Shown piece after piece: positions 9,196-19,102 of a DNA stretch of 64,000 nt. This DNA comes from an uncultured virus (IMG/VR IMGVR_UViG_3300029705_006209) (Duplodnaviria > Heunggongvirae > Uroviricota > Caudoviricetes). The translations under genes and the position numbers were made by a program. A model generated the notes under the pieces. That model made no database searches. It worked only from the letters and a program-made list of their open reading frames with translations, and was not told the DNA's origin. How positions within the stretch are numbered: position 1 is the first letter of the stretch; every line of letters starts with the position of its first letter. Location: IMG/VR virus record IMGVR_UViG_3300029705_006209, one strand, 5' to 3'.

Positions 9196-9687
9196 ATGGA
9201 TCTGCTAAAAGAAGTAAAAAAGTTCGCAAAAAAGCAACTAGAAGAAGACGACTATGAAGGCGTCTCCTTCGAATTCGAAGGACAGTCGATCATCAATCCG
9301 TGGGTCGAAAACACGGCAAGATTTGACCTTTCAACAGAAGATGCCATCAAGTTCTACGGCACAGCTAACGTGATGTTCTTCATAGAGGAAGCCGTCAAGT
9401 CCATCCACTCGGAAGGAATATCCTTCCCTGATGAAGGGATTCTGATTGCAGAGATTGAGGGTGAACTCAGCGACCATGCTCAGATATGGATGCACGGAAT
9501 CGACGATTTTGCCGCCTGCTATCCTGAAGGCGACAGCTCTATCCGCGGTTCGCTTGAAGATATAGCGTGCGATGTCGACAGCTTTCTCAGCTATCAGAAA
9601 AAACACTACTGCATCAACCGCATCAAAGCGATGAATGAGTTTGTTTTCGAAGAAATCTTCAGTGATCTGAAACAGATTCTCGGCTGA
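9196..9687 (+). CDS. hypothetical protein
   Basis: GAAAGGA RBS and upstream promoter; acidic ORF. Confidence 0.7.
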   Translation: MDLLKEVKKFAKKQLEEDDYEGVSFEFEGQSIINPWVENTARFDLSTEDAIKFYGTANVMFFIEEAVKSIHSEGISFPDEGILIAEIEGELSDHAQIWMHGIDDFAACYPEGDSSIRGSLEDIACDVDSFLSYQKKHYCINRIKAMNEFVFEEIFSDLKQILG

Positions 9688-9898
9688 TGCGCTCGGCGTT
9701 TTTCACGGGAAGCGTTCCGACGCCCTTCCCTTTCGCAGACCATTGCGTGAAAGATGCCGAAAGATCAAGCTTGCAAGCGTCACAGTCTCTGACGCTGCAT
9801 ATATATATCCTTTCATTACTATATATTGATTTGAGGCCCACCCGGGGAGGCCTTGTATCCCCGGACCACACTGCAAAATATCAAAAGGAGAAAATACA

Positions 9899-10399
9899 AT
9901 GACCGAACACAATGAAAACGAATTGAAAGCTTTTGCCTCAGAATATTCAAAAAATGTTATGGAAAGTGAACTGTACCCTTCCGTTTCAGCCTTCATGGAC
10001 TTTGCAAGGATCCGCTGGACGCTTTCCATAAGTATTGGTGAACTTGACGAGGCTGTAGAAAATTATGATTTCGAAGAATGGCTGCTTGGAGGAAAGAACA
10101 AGGATATCGCACATGCAGAGATCTGTATCGGAAGAGCCGAAACGGCTATGAAAAAGCTAGAGGAACAGGCGTGGAAAAGAGTTTCCGATCTTACGCTTAA
10201 GCTTTCAGACGAGGAGATACTATCCATATTCAATGCGCCAATCAACTTCACAGACAGTTTCCTCAAAGAAGTATACGACTGCCTGTACGAACTGGGAGAA
10301 TTCCCCTACTGTATGCCGGATGCTTTCAAGCAGTACATAGAAGCCATCAATACAGTTATGGAAAAGCATGCCTCTATGCAGGAGCCTCAGGATGTGTAA
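9899..10399 (+). CDS. hypothetical protein
   Basis: AAGGAG RBS. Confidence 0.7.
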   Translation: MTEHNENELKAFASEYSKNVMESELYPSVSAFMDFARIRWTLSISIGELDEAVENYDFEEWLLGGKNKDIAHAEICIGRAETAMKKLEEQAWKRVSDLTLKLSDEEILSIFNAPINFTDSFLKEVYDCLYELGEFPYCMPDAFKQYIEAINTVMEKHASMQEPQDV

Positions 10400-10519
10400 G
10401 TCAACCCTCTTCAACCAGAATTGCTCAATGAGAAAAAGTGGTAGTGGATCAGCGTCGGGCTAATCGCTTCTTTGGTTCCTACACTGATAACAACGAATAT
10501 ACAAGAAAGGATCTTCTTT

Positions 10520-11467
10520 ATGAAACACGCTGTTACCAGATATCTGCACCTTTTCCTGGTGCTCGCATTAATGCTTTCGGTCTGCCTCTCTTCAGTACAG
10601 AGCGCAGATGCGAAATCCCCGAGTAAATATACCTGGTCTGAAAAGACCGCTCCCAACTATGTGGTCAGAGTCGGAAAAGCAAAGGTTTCCGGCAAGCCTA
10701 AAAAGGGAAAAATAAAATATGCAAAACTCGACAAGTACGGCAGGACAGGAAGAGCCGTCGGAAACATCACGTACAAAATGGTCAAGGCTTCCGCAGGCTG
10801 GCGTGAGGAATTCACTCCTGAGTGTGATCCTGCGGGTTGGGGCAAAAACAAAATCGTCGAGATCGAGTTACCTTCCGGAAAATACTACAGAGGTTATCTG
10901 TGGAACAGAAGCCACCTTATCGCCGACAGCCTCGGCGGACGGGCAACCAGAAGGAACCTCATCACCGGTACGCGAATGCAGAATGTAGGCGCAAATGACG
11001 GCAAGGGAGGAATGGCCTACGCTGAACGCAAATGTGTCAAGTTCCTCTACAAACATAAGAAAGCAAATATCTATTACTCGGCGACCCCTGTATATAAAGG
11101 AAATGAACTGGTCCCGAGATCCGTCATCGTCGATTTCAAGTCTTACGGAAAAGGCGGGACTGGCAGGGACAGACTCAACGAGCGCGTAATCGTGTATAAC
11201 GCCGCAAAGGGTTTCAATATCAACTACAAAACCGGCATGGACAAAGACGATTCGTCAGAAAGTTCGTCCGATGAAGAGGCTTCCCTTCCCCCTGGCCCGG
11301 CGGATACGGTATTCATAACCGGAAGCGGAACAAAATACCACCTCGACAAAAGCTGCTCGGGACTCTCGAATGCGAAATCAATATTTGAGACGACCAAAGC
11401 TTCTGCGGAAGCTGACGGAAAAACGCTCTGTGCAATTTGCGCACAGACGTACAACATAACAAACTAA
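10520..11467 (+). CDS. secreted DNA/RNA non-specific endonuclease (streptodornase/EndA-like) with C-terminal Cys/His metal-binding domain
   Basis: Signal peptide; LDKYGR, NRSHLIADSLGG, NLITGTRMQN and YKGNELVPR motifs; KYH..C..CAIC tail. Confidence 0.85.
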   Translation: MKHAVTRYLHLFLVLALMLSVCLSSVQSADAKSPSKYTWSEKTAPNYVVRVGKAKVSGKPKKGKIKYAKLDKYGRTGRAVGNITYKMVKASAGWREEFTPECDPAGWGKNKIVEIELPSGKYYRGYLWNRSHLIADSLGGRATRRNLITGTRMQNVGANDGKGGMAYAERKCVKFLYKHKKANIYYSATPVYKGNELVPRSVIVDFKSYGKGGTGRDRLNERVIVYNAAKGFNINYKTGMDKDDSSESSSDEEASLPPGPADTVFITGSGTKYHLDKSCSGLSNAKSIFETTKASAEADGKTLCAICAQTYNITN

Positions 11468-11547
11468 TGCCGGTCTTATCCCCTATTCTCGCAAAGGGGC
11501 AAAGCCGAAAAAAGAAACATCATATAAGTAAGAAAGGAAGATTTCTC

Positions 11548-12027
11548 GTGAAAAAGAAAGAGATGACACTCGACGATGCAGCACAGTTCATCGCCAACCA
11601 CCAACTCAACATCGACCCGGAGCATGATGACTCTGATGCGGCCGAGCAGGCTCGAGTTCTCGCATTCCAGGCTCTGCTTCGCGCATCCGAAACGATCCTC
11701 AGTATCCGCATGACATCTGATATTATGCACATCGATTTTGCAGAGAATATCGGGACCGTCATGAACAATGACGATGTTTCATCAGATATCAATGGACAGC
11801 GCTACTACAGCATTCATGCCCTCCTCCATGCCACAGGTGCTATCGCAAAAGAAATGGTCGATGACGGCTATGAGGTCGATCAGATCATGGGCTATATCTT
11901 GGATTCACTGAAGAATAGTCTGGAGTGTAATCTGGGCGTAAATCTCGAAATCGGCGAAATGGACGCTGCCTCTGTCGCTGAATTTCTCAGAAAAGAAAGC
12001 AGTAAAGACGAAAGCCTTCTTTCGTAG
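11548..12027 (+). CDS. hypothetical protein
   Basis: GAAAGGA RBS before GTG at 11548. Confidence 0.6.
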   Translation: MKKKEMTLDDAAQFIANHQLNIDPEHDDSDAAEQARVLAFQALLRASETILSIRMTSDIMHIDFAENIGTVMNNDDVSSDINGQRYYSIHALLHATGAIAKEMVDDGYEVDQIMGYILDSLKNSLECNLGVNLEIGEMDAASVAEFLRKESSKDESLLS

Positions 12028-12041
12028 CAAGGAGAATAATT

Positions 12042-12197
12042 ATGGCAATACTGTACATGCTCCAAAGCGAGATAAGCGGCGAAATATACGGCGTAACTGC
12101 CGATATATATAAGGCAGAACGACTGAAAGCGTCTCTTGAGAAAAGAGGCGAAAAAATCAGGATCGTCAATGTGAAGGATCTTGATCAGGAAGTATAA
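12042..12197 (+). CDS. small hypothetical protein (51 aa, not in the ORF track)
   Basis: AAGGAG RBS; MAILYMLQSEISGEIYGV..QEV*. Confidence 0.55.
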   Translation: MAILYMLQSEISGEIYGVTADIYKAERLKASLEKRGEKIRIVNVKDLDQEV

Positions 12198-12252
12198 GAG
12201 GAACCGGGCATTTTTCACGATGCCCCTCTCCTCCCCGGAAAGGAAATGTTTG

Positions 12253-12804
12253 ATGGATCAAATCGAAACAAGACTAAATTCTCCACATAAATATCTTGTC
12301 AACGCGGCCCAGCCCGGCGTTGCTTATCATGAAGATGCTTTTATGCATCAGGACGCCGATTTTACGGATGTACTCGGTTGCGGATCAAAAATGTATCTTT
12401 TTGAGGCCGGCGGGAGGAAGCTGACCGGGTTCGTTTTGGCACTTGTATACGCAGATTCGATCACAGAGGCAGAAAAATACATACAGGAAGAATTCGGCGA
12501 TAAGCTGAAGCGAGGCGCCCTGATAAGGTTTTCCAAGTCTCCCGAAGAACTCATTGACGAAAGGACTCCGGTTCCGGAGACCTCTAGGATGAGTGACTGG
12601 CGGCTGACTATGCGAACTTTTGACGGAACAAAAGTATGGCAGTGCTACCGGCTCCGAGACATATATTCCAAGTCTCCAGAAGACGACCGGCTGTACGATG
12701 CAGAAATCTTCCGTGACAAGAAAGAAGCCTCTGAAAGATGCAAGAGCCTCAATGCAAAACTGGTTTGCGGCTGGATGTCAGACGGGCATCCGCGAAACTG
12801 GTAG
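12253..12804 (+). CDS. hypothetical protein
   Basis: AAAGGA RBS before ATG 12253. Confidence 0.6.
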   Translation: MDQIETRLNSPHKYLVNAAQPGVAYHEDAFMHQDADFTDVLGCGSKMYLFEAGGRKLTGFVLALVYADSITEAEKYIQEEFGDKLKRGALIRFSKSPEELIDERTPVPETSRMSDWRLTMRTFDGTKVWQCYRLRDIYSKSPEDDRLYDAEIFRDKKEASERCKSLNAKLVCGWMSDGHPRNW

Positions 12805-12831
12805 GACGCATAAAGGAAGAAAGGAATTTAT

Positions 12832-13410
12832 ATGGATTACGACAGTTTCAAGATTAATTTTCTCGTAGAGCTCAGAAGAAGACTCGGCCCTGCTCTTGAT
12901 ATACATATTGAGGGCGCTACAGATAACCGGCCTGAAGGAATCACAATGATCCCGGAGCCCATGAAGGGACGCCCGTTTCCGATCGTCGGTCTTAAGGAGA
13001 TCTACGCGGATTTCAAGTCCCACGGCGAAAACATGGACTATATAGTACGCTCTGCTCTGCACGTATTTGCTTCTTTGTGGCAGCAGGCGCCGGAATACCC
13101 GGACTGTAAAGAAGGCGCTGACGACTCAACTGAACCGGATATGCACCTCAAGTGCATCGGTTCTCTCGGACCTATAGATATTTGGGAAGGCTCGTTCGAG
13201 GTCGCCGGCGATGTAAAAGAAGAGGTTTTATCGCTCATGCCGGAGCCGCCAAGAAGCAACGACGTATACCTCACCTACCTTCCAAACCCGGAATGGGGCG
13301 AAATGCAGCCGCTCTTCATGTGCAAAGCAGACAATAACGGTACCGTATACCTCTTTGCTGAAACCGACATTGTCAAAGAAGGGTTGCTCCACTACGAGCC
13401 ACTTCCTTAA
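12832..13410 (+). CDS. hypothetical protein
   Basis: GAAAGGA RBS. The N-terminus loosely resembles 20723..21265 (GITxIP, xPxxxxxxxY, CxxC-like end of domain). Confidence 0.65.
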   Translation: MDYDSFKINFLVELRRRLGPALDIHIEGATDNRPEGITMIPEPMKGRPFPIVGLKEIYADFKSHGENMDYIVRSALHVFASLWQQAPEYPDCKEGADDSTEPDMHLKCIGSLGPIDIWEGSFEVAGDVKEEVLSLMPEPPRSNDVYLTYLPNPEWGEMQPLFMCKADNNGTVYLFAETDIVKEGLLHYEPLP

Positions 13411-13455
13411 CCGTGAAATTGCATCAGCATAGTCAAAGACAAGGAACAGAAAAAC

Positions 13456-13686
13456 ATGGAAAATAAGAAGCCTAAAAAAAGAAGAAAAATAGACTACCAT
13501 CTCAAAGACCGGGCAAGCGACGACATCACCTTTTGCATGGCTGACTGCAGAACAGTATGTGCCAGAAAGCCCGTCAACATAAGATACAGAGAACATCCGC
13601 ACAGCTTTGCGGATTTCAGTAACACCTGCTCCTCATACAAGCCTTCGGTGCAGGCAGTGATCAATAACACTTCGAAAAAGAGCTGA
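13456..13686 (+). CDS. small Cys-containing hypothetical protein
   Basis: DDITFCMADC..CAR motif; RBS present. Confidence 0.55.
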   Translation: MENKKPKKRRKIDYHLKDRASDDITFCMADCRTVCARKPVNIRYREHPHSFADFSNTCSSYKPSVQAVINNTSKKS

Positions 13687-13702
13687 AAGAAAGGCTACAG
13701 TC

Positions 13703-14344
13703 ATGATTCCAAGCGAAACAATCAATAAATATATGGAAGAAAAAGATTTTGCCCGTCTCAGGGATGCGATCTTTGAAAATGCCGACGAGTATCTTCAGAT
13801 CAGGAATCTGGAAACCCCGTGCTATGCGACAGACATATCCCTCTCCCCCGTCGCAAAGATGATAGACATCTATTCGAATGCCTTTCCTGTCGAGTGCGGC
13901 TGGTCCGCCGAGGCGATGAAAGCAATTTTCTTCCTGGCTGAGGGTGATCGAACAAAAAACATAAGACGCGCCTTCGAAGAGCTTGAAAAGGCAGGATATG
14001 CAGAGAAGGTCTTCGCCGGAGATGCGAACGGAAAGTTTGCCAGATATAACGTTTACGAAGAATCGGTCACTCCCGAGGCAAGACGTTTCATCACAACCAA
14101 GACTGTCTGGGCCCTTGATGACGAGGACCTGTGGAATGAAGCGGTCGCGATGGCAGGTCGCGAGCTTACCCCGGATGAGGTTCTTGTGGTATTCAGAAGC
14201 GCCTACGGAGCTCTTCCCGAAAAGAACGCTTTCCGCATCGAAAAATGGGACCATGATGCATCTGTGTATAAAATCTGTGATGCAGAGCTTGCACGCAGAA
14301 GCGATGTATGCATTGCGGAGATAATATATCTCAGAAAGATGTAG
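13703..14344 (+). CDS. hypothetical protein
   Basis: GAAAGG RBS; co-oriented with neighbours. Confidence 0.65.
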   Translation: MIPSETINKYMEEKDFARLRDAIFENADEYLQIRNLETPCYATDISLSPVAKMIDIYSNAFPVECGWSAEAMKAIFFLAEGDRTKNIRRAFEELEKAGYAEKVFAGDANGKFARYNVYEESVTPEARRFITTKTVWALDDEDLWNEAVAMAGRELTPDEVLVVFRSAYGALPEKNAFRIEKWDHDASVYKICDAELARRSDVCIAEIIYLRKM

Positions 14345-14376
14345 AGACTCCGCCCCGCAGCCAATGCGGGATATAT

Positions 14377-14452
14377 GCTCTCATGGCTCAACAGGTAGAG
14401 CAGCTGATTCGTAATCAGCAGGTTGGCGGTTCGAGTCCGCCTGAGAGCTCCA
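14377..14452 (+). tRNA. tRNA-Thr (CGT)
   Basis: GCTCTCA/TGAGAGC acceptor stem, GCTGA-TTCGTAA-TCAGC anticodon arm, GGTTCGAGTCC T-arm, encoded CCA. Confidence 0.95.
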
Positions 14453-14478
14453 ATACAAACAACAAGGCATGTAAGATA

Positions 14479-15024
14479 ATGCACAATACAGTAGTTTTTC
14501 TCGACATAGACTTCGTACTCAACAACAGCAATACAAAAGAGCGCATAGGACGTTCCATAGGCATTGAGGACGAAAAAATACTTCTTCTCAAAGATATCGT
14601 TGCTCACCTCGAGGCAGATATCATTCTCACCTCATCATGGAGAGAATTCTGGAGCAAAGATCTTAATCCCTGCTCGGATACTCGACCACTTGGCTCCTCC
14701 CCTCTTGATCATGGCAGATATCTTAACGAAAAGCTTGCTGAGCACGGTCTCACAATAACGGATAAGACTCCGTCATACAGCTGGTTCGATCGAGCTTCGG
14801 AAGTCCGGGCATGGCTTGAAGAGCATCCTGAAGTAGACCGCTTTGTGATCCTCGATGACGAGGATTTCGGGTGGAAGAACTATAGTCTGGATAAGCACTG
14901 GATCTGCACGTTTGAAGCCGGTCCTATTGGCTATGACGGCGGGCTGACAAAAGAACATGTTGACTTCATTAAGACCCATACGGAGAAGTTTGCAGTAGAA
15001 CGTAACGATAATAGTTTACAGTAA
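14479..15024 (+). CDS. HAD-superfamily protein (Swiss-Army-Knife RNA-repair-like HAD)
   Basis: FLDIDFVLN, ILTSSWR and FVILDD motifs. Confidence 0.8.
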   Translation: MHNTVVFLDIDFVLNNSNTKERIGRSIGIEDEKILLLKDIVAHLEADIILTSSWREFWSKDLNPCSDTRPLGSSPLDHGRYLNEKLAEHGLTITDKTPSYSWFDRASEVRAWLEEHPEVDRFVILDDEDFGWKNYSLDKHWICTFEAGPIGYDGGLTKEHVDFIKTHTEKFAVERNDNSLQ

Positions 15025-15143
15025 AGAGATTTATTTCCAACGCTTCGGCGGCTCTGCCTTTTCTTTCGAACTATAGACACAATTAATTCTCAAAGAAAAA
15101 AAGATGCTCGCTCTATGCATGTTGCACAAAAGGGAGAAGTTCA

Positions 15144-15776
15144 ATGATCAGATTTCTATCAACCCAGTTCGCATTTACAGGCAATGAAATCAGCGAATCT
15201 GAAATTACCACAGAAGAAGCTTGTCGTATTTTGCACAGTTTACCAAGTCTGGAAAGATTAGGCACAATGATTGTTTGCGAATCGGACGAAGATAAAAAGC
15301 AGTTGCTCAAAACATATTACGATATTTACCATGACGGATTTAATGTTCAGCATCAGATTAGCGATGAAGAACAGATGGATTTGCACTTAGCATATCCCGC
15401 TACAACAGATGTTTATTATGTGGAGAATCTCTTCTTCCGTTTTGAGGCTGGCATAAGGGCTTTAGATCCTCGCTTTGCACGCGTTAATACTCATGAAACA
15501 TCTTTCACTTTTCAGATGTCTCCAATCATGGAGTGCACTGCTATTGATAACGCACCTAATGAGCAAACAAAAAACAAGATGCAATATCTGCAGCAATGCA
15601 TCATCTACAAACACGAGCAGCTTAATCATTTGTCCTATGAAGATGCTCAGAAATATATCGAACAAGTATGGCTTGCATATCAGGGTTTCTTCATCGATAG
15701 TCTTGATATTCCCGATATTGGCAAAATAATCGCCGTCAATAAAAACTATGATGTTCCTTGGTACGACAGGCTGTAG
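15144..15776 (+). CDS. hypothetical protein
   Basis: GGGAG RBS; visibly more AT-rich than neighbours. Confidence 0.65.
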   Translation: MIRFLSTQFAFTGNEISESEITTEEACRILHSLPSLERLGTMIVCESDEDKKQLLKTYYDIYHDGFNVQHQISDEEQMDLHLAYPATTDVYYVENLFFRFEAGIRALDPRFARVNTHETSFTFQMSPIMECTAIDNAPNEQTKNKMQYLQQCIIYKHEQLNHLSYEDAQKYIEQVWLAYQGFFIDSLDIPDIGKIIAVNKNYDVPWYDRL

Positions 15777-15927
15777 GAATTCTTTTGCATAAACATGCGG
15801 CTACTATATTCCGATCACATAGTTCACCGTGCTCCCCATGCCTAAAGGTAAAGACCGGGGGAAGCACATCAATCATTCGTAACGGGCTTATACCCCATGC
15901 TGTTATTTCGAGAGAGGGCTTTTATCG

Positions 15928-16137
15928 ATGCCAGATAATTACACGAAAATCCCAAAATACTGGGTGTTCGTAGTCTTTGAAGACGGCTACAGAATCAACA
16001 TTGCGATTGCCGACACAATATCTGCAAATTTCGCCAGAGATGCCTCGGCATACTGGAACAAGCATAATAATGGTCACGGCTTCGTCATTAAAGTCACTCT
16101 CGAGGATAGTAATCAGAGAGTTCTCATGGAATGGTGA
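15928..16137 (+). CDS. small hypothetical protein
   Basis: GAGGG RBS. Confidence 0.5.
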   Translation: MPDNYTKIPKYWVFVVFEDGYRINIAIADTISANFARDASAYWNKHNNGHGFVIKVTLEDSNQRVLMEW

Positions 16138-16173
16138 CAACCGTCATTCCCACTCAAGGAGGCGAGAAATAGT

Positions 16174-16527
16174 ATGCCAACAAAAGATATAAAATACTTA
16201 AAAAAAATATTAAAGCTGTACGGATTTCAGCCATTGGGGCCAGCAAGGTATTCTACCAGTCAGGGAATCTCTGTTGTAGAAGAAAACTTTCGTTTTGATC
16301 CGGCTTCACCCAATAAGATCGCATTTTCCCTTGCATACGAGGAGGATAATGCAACCAGCTTCGCGGAAAAGCTTGCCGCCTGCGCCTCTCGCAACAGAAA
16401 CTACATTGTTTATTACAAAATCGTTGATGAAGAGCGACAGGAAATGACCCGGCAGCTTTCAGAAGCATCTGAAGCTGTAACCGCAGCATGCGAAGGCCGC
16501 CCATTCCTTGTCCCCAACTCAAAATAG
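16174..16527 (+). CDS. hypothetical protein
   Basis: AAGGAGG RBS. Confidence 0.6.
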   Translation: MPTKDIKYLKKILKLYGFQPLGPARYSTSQGISVVEENFRFDPASPNKIAFSLAYEEDNATSFAEKLAACASRNRNYIVYYKIVDEERQEMTRQLSEASEAVTAACEGRPFLVPNSK

Positions 16528-16539
16528 AAGGAGATCAGC

Positions 16540-17298
16540 ATGACAGATATTCAGAAAGAATTGCAGCATGTATATGAGGCTGTTTCAAAAGAGTACACCG
16601 TTTTCGGTGTCTTCCTCTACGGAAGTCAGAACTATAACCTGGCTACTGAAGAAAGCGATATTGATACAAAAGCGATAATAATTCCGTCTCTTCACGATCT
16701 TATTTTTGAAAAGCCGGTAAGCAAGACTGTAGCTTTCGAGCACGGAGAATGCGACATAAAAGATATTCGCGAGATGATCTCGAACTACAAGAAGCAGAAC
16801 GTGAACTTCGTTGAAACGCTTTTCACGAAGCATTCAGTCGTATCTCCCCTTTTCTCCAACGAAGCTGCCGATCTTTTAGCCAGGCGGGAAAAAATCGTAC
16901 GCTATGACGAAAAGACAGCTCTTGCTTGTATGAACGGCCTTCTTCAGCAGTCAGTTAAAAGAATGCTGCACAGGACCGAGATCACAGCCGAAGATATCGA
17001 CAAATACGGCTATCACAGGAAAAGCCTCATGAATGCCTGCAAAATGGCCGACATGATAAACAAGTACACAAAAGGATATCTTTACAGAGACGTTCTTGAC
17101 TGCGGACATCTTGCCGCACTCAGAACAACCGCTTATTCAAAAGATGCTACGCTGAAGCTTGTCAAAAAGCTGAGCAACCACAGCGCGGAAACAACTATCT
17201 CTTATCTGAAAGAGGCAGCTCCAATCAAAGATGTGGAATTGGCTGACTGGCTCGATAAATGGACCTACGATATTATCAGGCGCAACATGCCGTTATAG
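16540..17298 (+). CDS. Pol-beta superfamily nucleotidyltransferase (phage-type)
   Basis: YGSQNYNL..ESDIDTK (GS..DxD) and QNVNFVETLF motifs. Confidence 0.8.
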   Translation: MTDIQKELQHVYEAVSKEYTVFGVFLYGSQNYNLATEESDIDTKAIIIPSLHDLIFEKPVSKTVAFEHGECDIKDIREMISNYKKQNVNFVETLFTKHSVVSPLFSNEAADLLARREKIVRYDEKTALACMNGLLQQSVKRMLHRTEITAEDIDKYGYHRKSLMNACKMADMINKYTKGYLYRDVLDCGHLAALRTTAYSKDATLKLVKKLSNHSAETTISYLKEAAPIKDVELADWLDKWTYDIIRRNMPL

Positions 17299-17308
17299 GA
17301 GAAGAATC

Positions 17309-17494
17309 ATGAACAACAACATTTTTATAGAAACCGATAACAACAATATCTGCGTATACAGAGACGGCGTGCTCCTCAACCGCAGGAGCGCAATTGACGC
17401 CCTCTTCAATCTTTACCACAAAGAGCCCGACAAGACCAGCGAAGGCGCACAGATCCTTTCCGGTCTGATAAGCGACCTCTATCGCGCTTCATAG
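17309..17494 (+). CDS. small hypothetical protein
   Basis: AGGAG RBS before ATG 17309. Confidence 0.5.
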   Translation: MNNNIFIETDNNNICVYRDGVLLNRRSAIDALFNLYHKEPDKTSEGAQILSGLISDLYRAS

Positions 17495-17559
17495 CAGATC
17501 TTGATAGCATCTGGAGTTATAGCCGGGTCTACTATCAAATAACTTTCTGGAGGTTCAAT

Positions 17560-17853
17560 ATGATATCGATAAGTAAAGAAGATTTTGGTACCCTCTGCAT
17601 CTGTGCAGTCAGGTACAGCATGGGACGCAGGACCTATATGCCGTCTATGGTACAGAACATAGTCAGAGAACATCTTTCGGATCTTTCCGAGAACGATATT
17701 AACGTTCTTCTGCAGGACAAGGCATTTCAGGCACGCATGGACATGTATGGTGATCCGTGCGACAAGGCTGACTGGCTGAAGTTCTGGGATGATGTTGAAA
17801 AATACGCAAGCACATTTTCAAACAAGGAGATAACAAAAGGGATTCAATTTTAG
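17560..17853 (+). CDS. hypothetical phage-like protein
   Basis: GGAGG RBS; CAVRYSMGRRTYMPS motif. Confidence 0.65.
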   Translation: MISISKEDFGTLCICAVRYSMGRRTYMPSMVQNIVREHLSDLSENDINVLLQDKAFQARMDMYGDPCDKADWLKFWDDVEKYASTFSNKEITKGIQF

Positions 17854-17896
17854 CAGCGGCAGCTGCGGCAAGCACATTCCGGGAAAGGAGACTTTT

Positions 17897-18709
17897 GTGG
17901 GTACAGGCAGCATAACGCATACCTCTGCATATAGTTTTAACAGAGCACAGCTCAGGCTGATTGCCATGTCGACCATGCTCATAGACCACATAGGTCTGCA
18001 TCTGGTCGGGAACGAGATAGTTTTCCGCACTATCGGACGCATAGCCTTCCCGGTCTATGCATTCCTTCTTGCCGATGGATTTATGCATGTGAAAGATGAA
18101 AAAGCACATGTTGGCAGACGCTTTCTGATCATGCTCACTCTTACGGCTATCTCCGAATTTGCCTATGATTTTGCAAGGTCCGGGCTCGATACGACGGCCT
18201 ATATGGACAAGCAAAGCGTTATGGCAGCGCTTACACTTGGTTATGCGGGCATGTATATAACAGACAGGCTTCTTGCCGAGGACAGCGTTTTGCCCCGTGC
18301 TTTCGGGGGAGCATCTGCAGCTGCGATCAGTCTCCTGCTCTGCTTCGCCTCGAAACTTATAGCAGCGGACTACGGATTTGCGGGACCGTTTTTCGTAATT
18401 GCTTCCTATTGGTATATCAGAATATTCCATATCAGTGCTGAAAACGAAAATAAGAGGCTGCTGTTTCTATATGGCATAGCCGCCTGCTATCTTGCATATC
18501 GCGTAGGAACGGGCATAGACCAAAATCTGTGGCAGACCTCCCCTGTTATGTGCATAGCCTTTTACTCGGGATATCTGTATGCCCCACCTATAATAACCGC
18601 TTATAACGGCAAAAGAGGATCTCACACGCGGGCGTTTAAAATGCTGTATACAGCATTTTATCCTGCACATCTTCTTCTCGTCGGTCTTCTTAAATTTTGG
18701 TTAGCGTGA
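17897..18709 (+). CDS. traX: TraX family membrane protein (pilin acetyltransferase-like)
   Basis: [35 protein letters not shown] and FYPAHLL motifs; multiple TM segments. Confidence 0.8.
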   Translation: MGTGSITHTSAYSFNRAQLRLIAMSTMLIDHIGLHLVGNEIVFRTIGRIAFPVYAFLLADGFMHVKDEKAHVGRRFLIMLTLTAISEFAYDFARSGLDTTAYMDKQSVMAALTLGYAGMYITDRLLAEDSVLPRAFGGASAAAISLLLCFASKLIAADYGFAGPFFVIASYWYIRIFHISAENENKRLLFLYGIAACYLAYRVGTGIDQNLWQTSPVMCIAFYSGYLYAPPIITAYNGKRGSHTRAFKMLYTAFYPAHLLLVGLLKFWLA

Positions 18710-18764
18710 GAAGAATCGGCGATGCCGAATGATATACTTTGCAAGACAGATACAGGAGGTAAAA

Positions 18765-19085
18765 ATGATCGTAACAACAACACCCGGAATCGAAGGAATG
18801 ACAATCATAGAGTACCACGGGATCGTATTCGGAGAAGTGATCACCGGGATCAATATGATGAAGGACATCGGCGCCAACTTCAGAAATGTATTCGGTGGCA
18901 GAGCCGGCGGATACGAAAAAGAACTCAAAAAAGCCCGCGAAGATGCACTTTACGAAATGATGGACCGCGCGGGACAACTTGGTGCAAATGCCGTTGTAGG
19001 TGTTGATATCGATTACGAAGTGCTCGGTGTGGAAAACAATATGCTCATGGTGACCGCAAGCGGCACCGCTGTATACGTACAGTAG
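18765..19085 (+). CDS. YbjQ/UPF0145 family protein
   Basis: [30 protein letters not shown]. Confidence 0.9.
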   Translation: MIVTTTPGIEGMTIIEYHGIVFGEVITGINMMKDIGANFRNVFGGRAGGYEKELKKAREDALYEMMDRAGQLGANAVVGVDIDYEVLGVENNMLMVTASGTAVYVQ

Positions 19086-19102
19086 CTTTCAGGAGGAACA
19101 TC

